Positions 28,672 to 38,814 of a DNA stretch of 64,000 bases are shown piece after piece. A program made the position numbers and the translations under genes. The stretch is taken from sequence record CP132210.1, one strand, 5' to 3'. Numbering within the stretch: position 1 is the first letter of the stretch; the number at the start of each line of letters is the position of its first letter. A model generated the notes under the pieces. That model did not search any database, had not been told where the DNA came from, and worked only from the letters and a program-made list of their open reading frames with translations. This DNA comes from a plasmid.

Positions 28672-31635
28672 ATGCTGAAAGCCCTGCACAAATTATTTGG
28701 TGGGCGAAGTGGAGCGATCGAAACCGCGCCAAGCGCCAGAGTGTTGCCGCTTAAAGACGTGGAAGATGAAGAAATCCCTCGATACCCGCCTTTCGCCAAG
28801 GGCCTGCCAGTGGCCCCATTAGACAAGATACTGGCAACCCAAGCCGAACTGATTGAGAAAGTGCGGAACTCCCTCGGTTTCACAGTGGACGACTTCAACC
28901 GGCTTGTTTTGCCGGTGATTCAGCGGTATGCCGCGTTTGTTCACCTGCTACCTGCTTCCGAATCACACCACCACCGTGGTGCTGGTGGCCTATTCCGGCA
29001 TGGGCTTGAAGTAGCCTTTTGGGCAACTCAGGCATCTGAGTCGGTAATTTTTTCAATCGAAGGGACGCCTCGGGAACGCCGCGACAATGAACCTCGTTGG
29101 CGACTGGCGAGCTGTTTCTCCGGGCTGCTGCATGACGTGGGTAAACCTCTCTCAGATGTGTCTATTACAGATAAAGACGGTTCGATCACATGGAATCCTT
29201 ATTCAGAATCACTTCATGACTGGGCGTACCGTCACGGAATAGATCGTTACTTTATCCGGTGGCGCGATAAGAGACACAAAAGGCATGAGCAATTTTCCCT
29301 GCTGGCTTGGCATCGAATTATTCCGGCTGAGACGCAAGAGTTTCTTTCCAAGTCAGGTCCTTCCATCATCGAGGCAATGCTGGAGGCGATCTCGGGAACC
29401 AGCGTTAATCAGCCTGTGACCAAGCTGATGCTTCGTGCTGACCAAGAGAGCGTCTCTCGGGACCTTCGCCAGAGTCGTCTCGATGTAAACGAGTTCTCTT
29501 ATGGTGTGCCTGTCGAACGGTACGTTTTCGATGCCATCCGCCGCTTGGTTAAAACCGGAAAATGGAAGGTCAATGAGCCAGGTGCGAAAGTTTGGCACCT
29601 GAACCAAGGTGTTTTCATCGCCTGGAAACAACTTGGCGACCTCTACGACTTGATCAGCCAAGACAAGATCCCCGGTATTCCACGAGACCCTGACACGCTG
29701 GCTGACATTCTCATCGAGCGTGGTTTTGCTGTACCAAACACGGTGCAGGAGAAGGGGGAGCGTGCGTATTACCGCTACTGGGAAGTTTTGCCTGAGATGC
29801 TCCAGGAAGCTGCTGGTCCGGTGAAGATCTTGATGCTCCGTCTCGAATCAAACGACCTGGTGTTTACGACTGAGCCTCCTGCGGCTGTTACTGGGGAAGT
29901 TGTTGGCGATGTTGAAGACGCTGAGATTGAGTTCGTTGACCCAGAGGAAGCTGACGAGGACCAAGCAGAAGGTGACGCTGGTCTGAACAATGACATGTTG
30001 GCCGCAGAGCTTGAAGCTGAGAAGGCTTTAGCTGGCCTTGGCTTTGGTGATGCGATGGCGATGCTGAAAAGCACCTCAGACATAGCCGAGGAAAAGCCAG
30101 AGCAAGAGGATACAGAATCAACTGAATTGCCTAAGCCTGACGCAAGCAAGAAGGGCAAGCAGCAGAGTAAACCGGGTAAAGCAAGAGCGGAGAAACAACC
30201 CCAGAAACCTGAGGTAAAAGAAGATTTGTCCCCTCAGGACATTGCCAAAAACGCACCTCCGTTGGCGAATGACGATCCGTTGCAAGCACTCAAGGATGTT
30301 GGGGGCGGGCTGGGAGACATCGACTTCCCATTTGACGTATTCAACGCATCGGCAGAAACAGCTTGCACTGACGCAACAAACCTTGCAATCCCAGATATAA
30401 CAGAGCCCGTAAAGCAAGAGGAACAACCAAAACCGGACTTCGTTCCACAAGAACAAAACTCCCTGCAGAACGGTGACTTCCCAATATTCAGTGATTCTGA
30501 TGAACCGCCATCGTGGGCAATTGAGCCGCTCCCGATGCTGACTGATACACCAGAACAAACAATACCCGCGCCAGATATGCAACATGCGGGCAAACCTAAG
30601 GAGCTTGAGAAAGACGCAAAGACCTTGCTCTCTGAGATGTTGGCTGGGTACGGGGAAGCATCGACGTTGCTTGAACAGGCGATCATGCCTGTTCTGGAAG
30701 GCAAAACGACGTTGGGAGAAGTCCTATGCCTGATGAAGGGGCAGGCAGTTATTTTGTACCCAGAAGGTGCCCGGTCGCTGGGGGCTCCGTCAGAGGTTCT
30801 CTCTAAGCTGTCCCACGCCAATGCGATTGTTCCTGACCCGATTATGCCAGGTCGCAAAGTTCGTGATTTCAGCGGGGTGAAAGCAATTGTGCTGGTGGAT
30901 CAGCTTTCAGATGCGGTCGTGGCGGCCATTAAGGATGCTGAGGCTTCAATGGGGGGATACCAGGAGGCCTTTGAGCTTGTCTCTCCCCCTGGCTCGGGCG
31001 TAAGCAAGAACAAATCAGCCCCGAAACAGCAGAGCAGAAAAAAGACGCAGCAACAGAAGCCAGAGGTTGATGCCGGAGCCGGGTCTGAACAAAAGACGAA
31101 AGACAAGAGCCTCCAGCAACAGCCGAAAGAAAAGCAGGGCAACGTTGCTTCTTTGGTTGAAGAGCAGAAGCGCAAACCGGTCCAAGACCAAGAAAAACAG
31201 AACGTGGCTCGCCTTCCTAAGCGGGAAGCTCAGCCAGTGGCTTCTAAGCCAAAAGTTGAGCACGAGAGGGAATTGGGGCACGTCGAGGTGCGAGAAAGGG
31301 ACGAGCCCGAGGTTAGGGAGTTTGAGCCGCCGAAGGCGAAAACAAACCCGAAAGACATCAACGAGGAAGATTTCTTGCCGTCTGGTGTTACCCCTGAAAA
31401 AGCGCTCCTGATGCTCAAGGATATGATCCAAAAACGCTCTGGAAGATGGCTCGTTACTCCGGTCTTGGAAGAAGACGGCTGCTTGGTCACTAGCGTCAAA
31501 GCCTTTGACATGATTGCCGGGGAAAACGTCGGGATCAGTAAACACATCCTCTATGGATTGCTGAGCAGGGCACAAAGACGCCCTTTGCTCAAGAAACGTC
31601 AAGGGAAATTGTATTTAGAGGTAGATAAAGCATGA
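28672..31635 (+). CDS. traI: MobH-family relaxase TraI
   Basis: HD-type metal site HHHRGAGGLFRHGLEV. 987 aa with a long acidic/Lys-rich C-terminal low-complexity region. Followed by traD. Confidence 0.85.
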   Translation: MLKALHKLFGGRSGAIETAPSARVLPLKDVEDEEIPRYPPFAKGLPVAPLDKILATQAELIEKVRNSLGFTVDDFNRLVLPVIQRYAAFVHLLPASESHHHRGAGGLFRHGLEVAFWATQASESVIFSIEGTPRERRDNEPRWRLASCFSGLLHDVGKPLSDVSITDKDGSITWNPYSESLHDWAYRHGIDRYFIRWRDKRHKRHEQFSLLAWHRIIPAETQEFLSKSGPSIIEAMLEAISGTSVNQPVTKLMLRADQESVSRDLRQSRLDVNEFSYGVPVERYVFDAIRRLVKTGKWKVNEPGAKVWHLNQGVFIAWKQLGDLYDLISQDKIPGIPRDPDTLADILIERGFAVPNTVQEKGERAYYRYWEVLPEMLQEAAGPVKILMLRLESNDLVFTTEPPAAVTGEVVGDVEDAEIEFVDPEEADEDQAEGDAGLNNDMLAAELEAEKALAGLGFGDAMAMLKSTSDIAEEKPEQEDTESTELPKPDASKKGKQQSKPGKARAEKQPQKPEVKEDLSPQDIAKNAPPLANDDPLQALKDVGGGLGDIDFPFDVFNASAETACTDATNLAIPDITEPVKQEEQPKPDFVPQEQNSLQNGDFPIFSDSDEPPSWAIEPLPMLTDTPEQTIPAPDMQHAGKPKELEKDAKTLLSEMLAGYGEASTLLEQAIMPVLEGKTTLGEVLCLMKGQAVILYPEGARSLGAPSEVLSKLSHANAIVPDPIMPGRKVRDFSGVKAIVLVDQLSDAVVAAIKDAEASMGGYQEAFELVSPPGSGVSKNKSAPKQQSRKKTQQQKPEVDAGAGSEQKTKDKSLQQQPKEKQGNVASLVEEQKRKPVQDQEKQNVARLPKREAQPVASKPKVEHERELGHVEVRERDEPEVREFEPPKAKTNPKDINEEDFLPSGVTPEKALLMLKDMIQKRSGRWLVTPVLEEDGCLVTSVKAFDMIAGENVGISKHILYGLLSRAQRRPLLKKRQGKLYLEVDKA

Positions 31636-33497
31636 CAATGAGTTATGACCCGCTCGCCTACGAGATGCCGTGGCGGCCCAACTATGAAAAAAATGCTGTA
31701 GCAGGCTGGATGGCAGCTTCCTGCGCCGCTTTGGCCGTAGAGCAAGTCAGCACTATGCCTTCGGAACCCTTCTATTGGATGACCGGGATCTGTGGCGTGA
31801 TGGCAATGGCTCGTTTGCCCAAGGCTATCAAACTTCACCTGCTCCAAAAGCATTTGAAAGGCCGCGACTTGGAGTTCATTTCCATAGCGGAGCTCCAGAA
31901 GTACATCAAGGACACGCCGGAGGATATGTGGCTTGGTAGTGGATTCCTGTGGGAAAACCGCCATGCTCAGCGCGTTTTTGAAATCCTGAAACGCGACTGG
32001 ACTTCTATCGTAGGCAAAGAGTCTACGGTCAAGAAGGTTGTCCGGAAGATACAGGGTAAGAAAAAGGAACTGCCAATCGGACAGCCCTGGATTCACGGGG
32101 TAGAGCCAAAAGAAGAGAAGTTGATGCAGCCGCTCAAGCACACCGAGGGGCATTCGCTGATCGTTGGGACCACTGGCTCGGGCAAGACCCGTATGTTCGA
32201 CATCCTGATTTCACAGGCCATTCTCCGTGGTGAGGCCGTAATAATCATAGACCCGAAAGGGGATAAAGAGATGCGGGACAATGCTCGACGTGCCTGTGAA
32301 GCTATGGGACAGCCGGAAAGGTTCGTCTCATTTCATCCGGCATTTCCAGAAGAATCGGTGCGTATTGACCCTCTGCGTAACTTCACCCGAGTGACTGAAA
32401 TCGCTAGTCGTTTGGCCGCACTGATCCCGTCAGAAGCTGGGGCTGACCCGTTCAAGTCATTTGGCTGGCAAGCACTAAATAACATCGCGCAGGGTTTGGT
32501 TCTTACTCATGATCGCCCCAACCTGACAAAGCTCCGCCGCTTCCTTGAGGGAGGTGCTGCTGGCCTGGTTATCAAGGCTGTTCAGGCCTACTCCGAACGA
32601 GTGAAACCTGACTGGGAGGCAGAAGCAGCGGCCTATCTGGAGAAAGCGAAAAACGGTTCGCGTGAGAAGATTGCTTTCGCGTTGATGAAGTTCTACTACG
32701 ACATCATCCAGCCTGAGCACCCGAACTCTGATCTGGAAGGCTTGCTGTCGATGTTCCAGCATGACCAAACCCACTTCTCCAAGATGGTGGCGAACCTTCT
32801 GCCGATCATGAATATGCTGACGTCCGGGGAGCTCGGCCCTCTGCTATCTCCAGACTCATCTGATCTGAGTGACGAACGCCAGATCACCGACTCCGCAAAA
32901 ATCATCAACAACGCTCAAGTAGCTTATCTGGGGCTCGACTCCCTGACAGACAACATGGTTGGTAGTGCTATGGGGTCCATCTTCCTGTCAGATCTGACAG
33001 CGGTTGCCGGTGACAGATACAACTACGGCGTCAACAACAGACCCGTAAACATCTTTGTGGATGAGGCTGCTGAGGTGATCAACGACCCATTCATTCAGCT
33101 TCTGAACAAAGGTCGCGGGGCGAAACTTCGTCTCTTCGTGGCGACTCAGACTTTTGCCGACTTCGCTGCCAGATTGGGCAGCAAAGACAAAGCGCTCCAG
33201 GTGCTGGGGAACATCAACAACACTTTTGCTCTGCGTATTGTCGATGGTGAAACCCAGGAATATATCGCGGATAACCTGCCAAAGACCCGGCTCAAGTACG
33301 TCATGCGGACTCAAGGCCAGAACACGGATGGTAAGGAGCCCATCATGCACGGAGGCAACCAAGGTGAGCGTTTGATGGAGGAGGAGGCGGATCTGTTCCC
33401 TGCCCAGTTGCTGGGGATGCTTCCGAACCTGGAATACATAGCCAAGATTTCAGGCGGAACAATCGTAAAAGGCCGTCTGCCCATATTGACCCAGTAA
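31632..33497 (+). CDS. traD: Type IV coupling protein TraD
   Basis: Walker A GTTGSGKT. N-terminal TM segments. 621 aa. Confidence 0.85.
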   Translation: MTMSYDPLAYEMPWRPNYEKNAVAGWMAASCAALAVEQVSTMPSEPFYWMTGICGVMAMARLPKAIKLHLLQKHLKGRDLEFISIAELQKYIKDTPEDMWLGSGFLWENRHAQRVFEILKRDWTSIVGKESTVKKVVRKIQGKKKELPIGQPWIHGVEPKEEKLMQPLKHTEGHSLIVGTTGSGKTRMFDILISQAILRGEAVIIIDPKGDKEMRDNARRACEAMGQPERFVSFHPAFPEESVRIDPLRNFTRVTEIASRLAALIPSEAGADPFKSFGWQALNNIAQGLVLTHDRPNLTKLRRFLEGGAAGLVIKAVQAYSERVKPDWEAEAAAYLEKAKNGSREKIAFALMKFYYDIIQPEHPNSDLEGLLSMFQHDQTHFSKMVANLLPIMNMLTSGELGPLLSPDSSDLSDERQITDSAKIINNAQVAYLGLDSLTDNMVGSAMGSIFLSDLTAVAGDRYNYGVNNRPVNIFVDEAAEVINDPFIQLLNKGRGAKLRLFVATQTFADFAARLGSKDKALQVLGNINNTFALRIVDGETQEYIADNLPKTRLKYVMRTQGQNTDGKEPIMHGGNQGERLMEEEADLFPAQLLGMLPNLEYIAKISGGTIVKGRLPILTQ

Positions 33498-33507
33498 GAG
33501 CAGAGCT

Positions 33508-34092
33508 ATGTGTGACAAGAAGTATAGAGATTATGAGGTAGCCATCATGGTCGATGTGAACCCGTTTGACCGGGTTATGAATGAGTTGAAAAGTCGTGGC
33601 CGCAAGAACGCTCATATCCTGAGCATCCTTCAATTCGACTGGCCCGCATCGGAGGTCATCATCGAGAAGCTGAGCTGTTACATCACAGATGGGATTAAGG
33701 CCAATCAGCAGCCTGTGATTTACCCGATCATTGAAGAAGCTCTGCATCGCTACAGCCAGCTCGTGTTTCATGAGCAGAGAGAAAAGTATGAGGACCCGGC
33801 CAGAATAGGGGCATTTCTGGAAACCCTGATCACTGAAACTTGCCGGGCGTTGGAAGTGCAAATTGTCGATAGTGGTGGCGATTCATGGTCTGTCGATTCA
33901 GGAGAGTCGTTCTCACTTTGGCTTTCTTCCCATCCAGGAGAACTATCCATTAACCCGCAGCCTCATGAGGATGAGACCTCTTTGCGTGGCTTGCTGTATG
34001 AGCTCATCACCTGTGAGAGTGTGAAAACTGTTTTAAGGAGAACCGACTATGAAGAAGCCGTGGTTACTGGTCGCATGGCTGCTGGTTATTGA
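33508..34092 (+). CDS. Hypothetical protein (194 aa) downstream of traD
   Basis: ORF only. Confidence 0.45.
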   Translation: MCDKKYRDYEVAIMVDVNPFDRVMNELKSRGRKNAHILSILQFDWPASEVIIEKLSCYITDGIKANQQPVIYPIIEEALHRYSQLVFHEQREKYEDPARIGAFLETLITETCRALEVQIVDSGGDSWSVDSGESFSLWLSSHPGELSINPQPHEDETSLRGLLYELITCESVKTVLRRTDYEEAVVTGRMAAGY

Positions 34093-34678
34093 GCTGCTGG
34101 CGATATTGCTGTTGATCCCTGGCGACTGGACAGACAAAGCCATCAAAAGGGAATCCGTGCTGGTGGAGCAGAGTCTTGGGGTCGAAGCAAGAGACTGGAT
34201 ACAGAGCAAAGCATCTACCTGGTTTAGATCGAGCGTTATTGATTCCGGTTTCTATGAGGGGATGTACCAAACGCTGATCCCATCAGAAGAGGAACGCCAG
34301 AAGTCCAAGGGAATGCAGGATATGGGGCAGGGCTGGTTTGTTTGGGTCAAAGGCCGCATGGAAGCTTTTGTCAACGTCATTTACCAGTTCTACACACGGT
34401 TAGCGCTATTGTCCGCGTGGGCTCCCTATATGCTGATCCTGTTCGCGCCTGCGGTATATGACGGGATGATGACATGGCGAATTAAGCGGACCAACTTCGA
34501 TTATGCGAGTCCGGTTCTCCATCGTTATAGCGTTCGCGGAACGATGTACCTGATGGTCGGATTGTTCATCGCGTTCTTCATCCCCATAGCGCTCGATCCG
34601 GTTGTCATTCCGATAACAATGATGACGTGCTGTGTCCTCATTGGCCTGACGTTCGGCAACCTCCAGAAACGGGTATAG
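34049..34678 (+). CDS. Integral membrane protein (209 aa)
   Basis: MKKPWLLVAWLLVIELLAILLL TM helix and further TM segments. Confidence 0.5.
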   Translation: MKKPWLLVAWLLVIELLAILLLIPGDWTDKAIKRESVLVEQSLGVEARDWIQSKASTWFRSSVIDSGFYEGMYQTLIPSEEERQKSKGMQDMGQGWFVWVKGRMEAFVNVIYQFYTRLALLSAWAPYMLILFAPAVYDGMMTWRIKRTNFDYASPVLHRYSVRGTMYLMVGLFIAFFIPIALDPVVIPITMMTCCVLIGLTFGNLQKRV

Positions 34679-34688
34679 GGAGGGGGAG

Positions 34689-35135
34689 ATGAGCTACTCC
34701 GTTATGAATCAAGATGGGGTGCATATGTGCGACATCCCATTGAGCGTCTACCAGGTGATACGTCGCCAATCCCTATCTGCGGGGTGGCTTTACTGGGAGC
34801 AGGGCTTGAATTTGGTGAAGGTGCTCATTGCTTGCGTCGTCAAAATGTTCTTTGTGATGCCGGTGATCTGGTTCTGGGTGCTGGTGGCGTGCCGCCTAAT
34901 TGAACCTGAACGCATCTCTGACGTGTCAGGACTTTTATCTCCGGACGTGATCGGGTGGGCCGCTGGCGCGGCCATCACCCTCATTATCTTTTCCGTTTTT
35001 ACACGCCCTGCTATGTACGGATACCACAACTATTTCAAGCAGCATATTTGCTCAAGAATAAAGCAAGTAACGCCGGAACTCAGGACAGTCACTGGGCCAC
35101 TGTTCTTCTACCGAAACGAAATTGGAACGATATAG
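34689..35135 (+). CDS. Integral membrane protein (148 aa)
   Basis: Hydrophobic profile. Confidence 0.45.
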   Translation: MSYSVMNQDGVHMCDIPLSVYQVIRRQSLSAGWLYWEQGLNLVKVLIACVVKMFFVMPVIWFWVLVACRLIEPERISDVSGLLSPDVIGWAAGAAITLIIFSVFTRPAMYGYHNYFKQHICSRIKQVTPELRTVTGPLFFYRNEIGTI

Positions 35136-35144
35136 AGAGGAACC

Positions 35145-35522
35145 ATGAAAGTAACCAATAAATTCCAACTGCTGGCACTGGGGCTGTTTATGGCCGGTAG
35201 TGCCATAGCATCTCCCGATGTACTGAATGACGACGCAAAGCTCAAGAACCTTGAGAAGGTGTGTCCTGACTGTGAGATGGTTGCAAGAGATGTACTCAAC
35301 CTTCGGGTTGAAAACTGCCAGCTAAAAAACACCTCCAGTGCAATGATGATAGCCACTATGCAAAGTGATCCCATGTTTTCGTTTATGCTGGCGGTACACA
35401 CGGCGGCTGGTGGAGATGCCTATAAAACAGTGCTGGGGGCTGCTGCCGCCCATGTTGACTGCGAAAACCCGTTGAGCTGGGTCAAGTTGACCCAACAAGC
35501 AATTAAAGGAGGCAAAGCCTAA
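35145..35522 (+). CDS. Exported protein (125 aa, signal peptide)
   Basis: MKVTNKFQLLALGLFMAGSAIA signal peptide. Confidence 0.45.
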   Translation: MKVTNKFQLLALGLFMAGSAIASPDVLNDDAKLKNLEKVCPDCEMVARDVLNLRVENCQLKNTSSAMMIATMQSDPMFSFMLAVHTAAGGDAYKTVLGAAAAHVDCENPLSWVKLTQQAIKGGKA

Positions 35523-36184
35523 TGAGCAAAAGCGATTTCTTTTTTGGCAAAGTGTATAACGGAAGCGATGGAGCCACTCTAGGACTTAGTGATTTGGAAC
35601 CTCTGACGCGAAAGGTGTCAGCAGCGTTCTTCACCGCACAACTGAATAGAATGTTGAAAGAGCATGGTGGCCGGTTAACGATCAGCGATGGAACCTCATA
35701 TCCCCGCTTTTGGAGCTTCATCGACAAGGTTGATCCGGAGCAGGTTGGTTTCGTCGAGATCTACGCTCGTCAGGATGTTAACGATAGTGTTGAAGCAACA
35801 CTGGCGTGTGACATCGTTTTGGTAAATGGTGTAATAACCGTTAAATCTCACTGGTGTGCCTACAAAGACGTCCGAGCTGGCGAAGTGATCTCCACATTAC
35901 TCGTCCCTTTGCATTTGAAAGCCCTACAGGACAAGGCTTATATCCGTTGGGATAATGGCGAAACGGAACCGCTGCTTCAAGATGACGATCACAAGGCTGA
36001 GCTTGAGAGGGTATTTAAGGTTTCCAAGTACCCATCGGCTATGACCTGGGGCGATACGGTTGACCAAAATGCCAAGGCGTACATGATGGACCTTGAGTGC
36101 GCTACGGACGTTGGTCGTCGCGGTGTCTCGTCAGAACAAGCATGGGATGCTTATCAGGAACTCCGACACAACAAAACAATGTGA
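35522..36184 (+). CDS. Hypothetical protein (220 aa)
   Basis: ORF, followed by a hairpin and a palindrome copy. Confidence 0.45.
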   Translation: MSKSDFFFGKVYNGSDGATLGLSDLEPLTRKVSAAFFTAQLNRMLKEHGGRLTISDGTSYPRFWSFIDKVDPEQVGFVEIYARQDVNDSVEATLACDIVLVNGVITVKSHWCAYKDVRAGEVISTLLVPLHLKALQDKAYIRWDNGETEPLLQDDDHKAELERVFKVSKYPSAMTWGDTVDQNAKAYMMDLECATDVGRRGVSSEQAWDAYQELRHNKTM

Positions 36185-36207
36185 AACAAGCGGCCATTGG
36201 CCGCTTT

Positions 36208-36229
36208 AAACTTTCACATGTGAAAGTTT
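36208..36229. promoter_or_regulatory. Dispersed palindrome copy 6 (AAACTTTCACATGTGAAAGTTT, 22-bp perfect)
   Basis: Follows the GCGGCCAttGGCCGC hairpin. It is the longest copy. Confidence 0.6.
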
Positions 36230-36272
36230 TTCGCCCTTCTTTCCTACCCCGCACGAATAAACCTTATCGCGG

Positions 36273-36288
36273 TGCCCAAAATGGGCAG
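36273..36288. promoter_or_regulatory. Activator-box-like inverted repeat copy 4 (TGCCCAAAATGGGCAG) upstream of the traL operon
   Basis: 90 bp upstream of the small ORF at 36363 that leads the traL-traA operon. Confidence 0.5.
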
Positions 36289-36362
36289 CAACAGCACTGT
36301 GCCAAGATTGTTCAATTAAGAGACGATTGCTCCGGGATAATGACAAGTTATTTGGAGGGTCT

Positions 36363-36506
36363 ATGTCCGCACATGCTCATGCCAGAGAAAGTGAAAGCTC
36401 ATCTGGTTCATTCGTCTCCTGGCAACTCCTTGTCTGGCAGGTGATGTTCGCTATCGGTGTCGTTGCTGGGGTTAACCTGGAACACACCTACAATTTTCTT
36501 GGTTAA
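36363..36506 (+). CDS. Small membrane protein (47 aa)
   Basis: GGAGGG RBS. Hydrophobic C-terminal half. Below the ORF-track cutoff. Confidence 0.3.
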   Translation: MSAHAHARESESSSGSFVSWQLLVWQVMFAIGVVAGVNLEHTYNFLG

Positions 36507-36518
36507 GGGGAGGGTGGT

Positions 36519-36866
36519 GTGAACGTAAATAAACAGTTTTTTTGGTTCCTGATGAATGCGGTACTGATGTGCATCTTCATCATTCCTGTAGCAGTCGCGT
36601 TTTGGTTGTCAGCTTTTGCGGCAGGTTTCGACTGGGGTCAGTGGGTTAACCTGGCTGCTGATGCAGCCAGCCGAGCTGCAAGTGACCCGGCCAAGGCTTT
36701 GGGAACGGTTCAGACCTACTGGGGCATCCTCAGTTTCTTCCTATTGGCTGCGTACAGTCTGCTGTTCAAGTTTAGAGCCAATGCCAACGAGTCAGTCGAG
36801 CTTGCTGCTGTGGTTGGCGTTTCGGCTTCGAGAAAAGACTCGGAAGCAACTCCTCAAAATCAATAA
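36519..36866 (+). CDS. Membrane protein (115 aa)
   Basis: GTG with GGGGAGGG RBS. Two TM helices. Confidence 0.45.
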   Translation: MNVNKQFFWFLMNAVLMCIFIIPVAVAFWLSAFAAGFDWGQWVNLAADAASRAASDPAKALGTVQTYWGILSFFLLAAYSLLFKFRANANESVELAAVVGVSASRKDSEATPQNQ

Positions 36867-37008
36867 CCGCTCCAGTAAACGCAAAAGAGGTGGCTCAGGC
36901 CGCCTTTTTTATTTGTCGCTGGAAGTGCCCGAAAAGGGCGCGAAGCCGTGGCAGAAAATCAGTGACCCTGAATGAAAATACAGGCCACAAGGAAAAAAGA
37001 GGGTTGCT

Positions 37009-37290
37009 ATGAAGCCTGTAAAGATACCGCGTCGGGTCGATGAGCCCCCGCATCTGCTGTTGTGGAGCGCAGATGAGCTGGCCCCGATGCTTTTGGGGCT
37101 AACGATAGGAGTCGTCATCGGTAAAGCTCTGGTCTGCTTTTTAGGGGGGTTGCTTGTAACCAACCTTTATCGCCGGTTCAGAGATAACCATCCGGATGGA
37201 TACCTGCTCCACATGATCTACTGGGCCGGGTTTATCGTGACCAAGGCCAAATCTCTCAAGAACCCGTTTGTCCGGAGGTATTTGCCTTGA
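37009..37290 (+). CDS. traL: Type IV secretion pilus-assembly protein TraL
   Basis: IPRRVDEPPHLLLWSADEL motif typical of F/H-type TraL. 93 aa. Confidence 0.75.
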   Translation: MKPVKIPRRVDEPPHLLLWSADELAPMLLGLTIGVVIGKALVCFLGGLLVTNLYRRFRDNHPDGYLLHMIYWAGFIVTKAKSLKNPFVRRYLP

Positions 37291-37913
37291 ACCTGAAAAA
37301 GTATCTCAAGACCTGGGAAGGAACCCAAACAGAAAATAAGTGGGGTCGAATCTTCCAGGGTGGTCTTATCGTTATCGTTTTCCTGCTGGTGATCCAAGTA
37401 TTTAGCAAGGAAACCATCGTCACTCTCCAGCCTTTCACGCTTACGGAAGAAGCCTGGGTGACGAAAAGCAATGCCTCTCAGTCATACAAGGAGGCTTGGG
37501 CCTTCGCTTTTGCTCAGCTCCTTGGCAACGTGACTCCCGGAACCGTGGACTTTGTGAAGGAGCGGATCACCCCGCTACTCTCCCCGAGCATCTATCAGGA
37601 CGTGATTGATGCCATCGAAATTCAAGCTCAACAAATCAAGAACGACCGCGTAACTATGCGGTTCGAGCCTCGTTTTGTTGAGTACGAGCCCAAGAGCGAC
37701 AAAGTGTTTGTCTACGGATATTCCTATGTCAAGGGGGCTTCTTCTAATGAAGATCGTAGCGAACGCACCTATGAGTTCGCTCTCAAGATTTCAAACTACG
37801 CGCCAGTGCTGGACTACATCGAAACCTATGTGGGAAAGCCACGCACCAAAACTGTTTTGGAGCAACTCCAGCGTAAAGAAGAGAATCGGAGAAAGCATGA
37901 AGAGCAACGCTAA
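37287..37913 (+). CDS. traE: TraE
   Basis: 208 aa with a single N-terminal TM. Positioned between traL and traK. Confidence 0.75.
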   Translation: MNLKKYLKTWEGTQTENKWGRIFQGGLIVIVFLLVIQVFSKETIVTLQPFTLTEEAWVTKSNASQSYKEAWAFAFAQLLGNVTPGTVDFVKERITPLLSPSIYQDVIDAIEIQAQQIKNDRVTMRFEPRFVEYEPKSDKVFVYGYSYVKGASSNEDRSERTYEFALKISNYAPVLDYIETYVGKPRTKTVLEQLQRKEENRRKHEEQR

Positions 37914-38814
37914 ACTTTCGCTCCTGGCGCTGTCCTTGGCGCTCGGAACATCACTGGCTTATGCCTCGGATGACATTCCTATTGTTCCGGCAAGCGTTAT
38001 GAAAAAAGACGTCCCAGCATATGTTTCGTCAGGGCAAGTCACAAATGAAGTAATGGGGAGTGTGAATGAAAACCCCGTGCTGACCATGAAGCCTGGAGTG
38101 AACCAAATAATCCCGATTGCAATTGGTCATCCGAATCGTGTGGTCACACCGTTTGGCAATCCGGAGATTGTATCCACTTCACTGACTGGAGGAACCGATG
38201 CCGGTCAATGTGGGGAAGTCTGTATCAAAGAAAACGTGGTCTATGTCGCTACGGATAAGCAATATCCCGTGACAATGTTCATTACAGAAAAAGGCTCAGA
38301 AGCTCAGGCGCTAAGCCTAACGATGGTTCCTCGTCGGATTCCACCGCGAGAAGTATTTCTCAGACTCGATGGGAATGTAGGAATCAGCGGCGCATTAGCT
38401 AACTCCAAGGCGGAGAGTTGGGAACAGAGTCAGCCTTATGTTGAAACGATTCGCTCGGTGTTTCGTAAGGTTGCCCTTGGTGAAATCCCCCAAGGTTACA
38501 CGATGAACCGTATCCCTACTGGAGCCGCAGTGCCTAGCTGTTCTCATCCGGGGATTAAGGTGGATTTCAGCAAGGGGCAATACATGATGGGCCACCACCT
38601 GAACGTCTTCATTGGCGTGGCCCAGAACGTTTCTAGTCAGCCCATCGAGTTCAAGGAGGCCTTGTGCGGAAGCTGGGATGTGGCTGCGGTGACTACATGG
38701 CCGCTTAACGTACTTGAACCAGGCCAGAAGACTGAACTGTATGTAGCGAAGAAGCAAATGCGTGGCATCTCGTCTACTTCTAAGCGCCCATCGCTGCTGG
38801 GGGGTGCCCAATGA
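37897..38814 (+). CDS. traK: TraK (secretin-like)
   Basis: Signal peptide MKSNAKLSLLALSLALGTSLAYA. Gene order. Confidence 0.7.
   Translation: MKSNAKLSLLALSLALGTSLAYASDDIPIVPASVMKKDVPAYVSSGQVTNEVMGSVNENPVLTMKPGVNQIIPIAIGHPNRVVTPFGNPEIVSTSLTGGTDAGQCGEVCIKENVVYVATDKQYPVTMFITEKGSEAQALSLTMVPRRIPPREVFLRLDGNVGISGALANSKAESWEQSQPYVETIRSVFRKVALGEIPQGYTMNRIPTGAAVPSCSHPGIKVDFSKGQYMMGHHLNVFIGVAQNVSSQPIEFKEALCGSWDVAAVTTWPLNVLEPGQKTELYVAKKQMRGISSTSKRPSLLGGAQ

Noticed and set aside
27887-28732. Long 281-aa version of the lipoprotein ORF extending into the traI promoter region
   Set aside because: The N-terminal 76 residues lack any signal peptide or RBS. The internal ATG gives a textbook lipobox signal peptide (LMAGC) and leaves room for the divergent promoter and activator box.
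29353-31602. Multiple 100-200-aa ORFs in other frames or the opposite strand within the traI 3' half
   Set aside because: They arise from the GAR/GAA-rich low-complexity region encoding the acidic/Lys-rich TraI tail. They have no independent signals.
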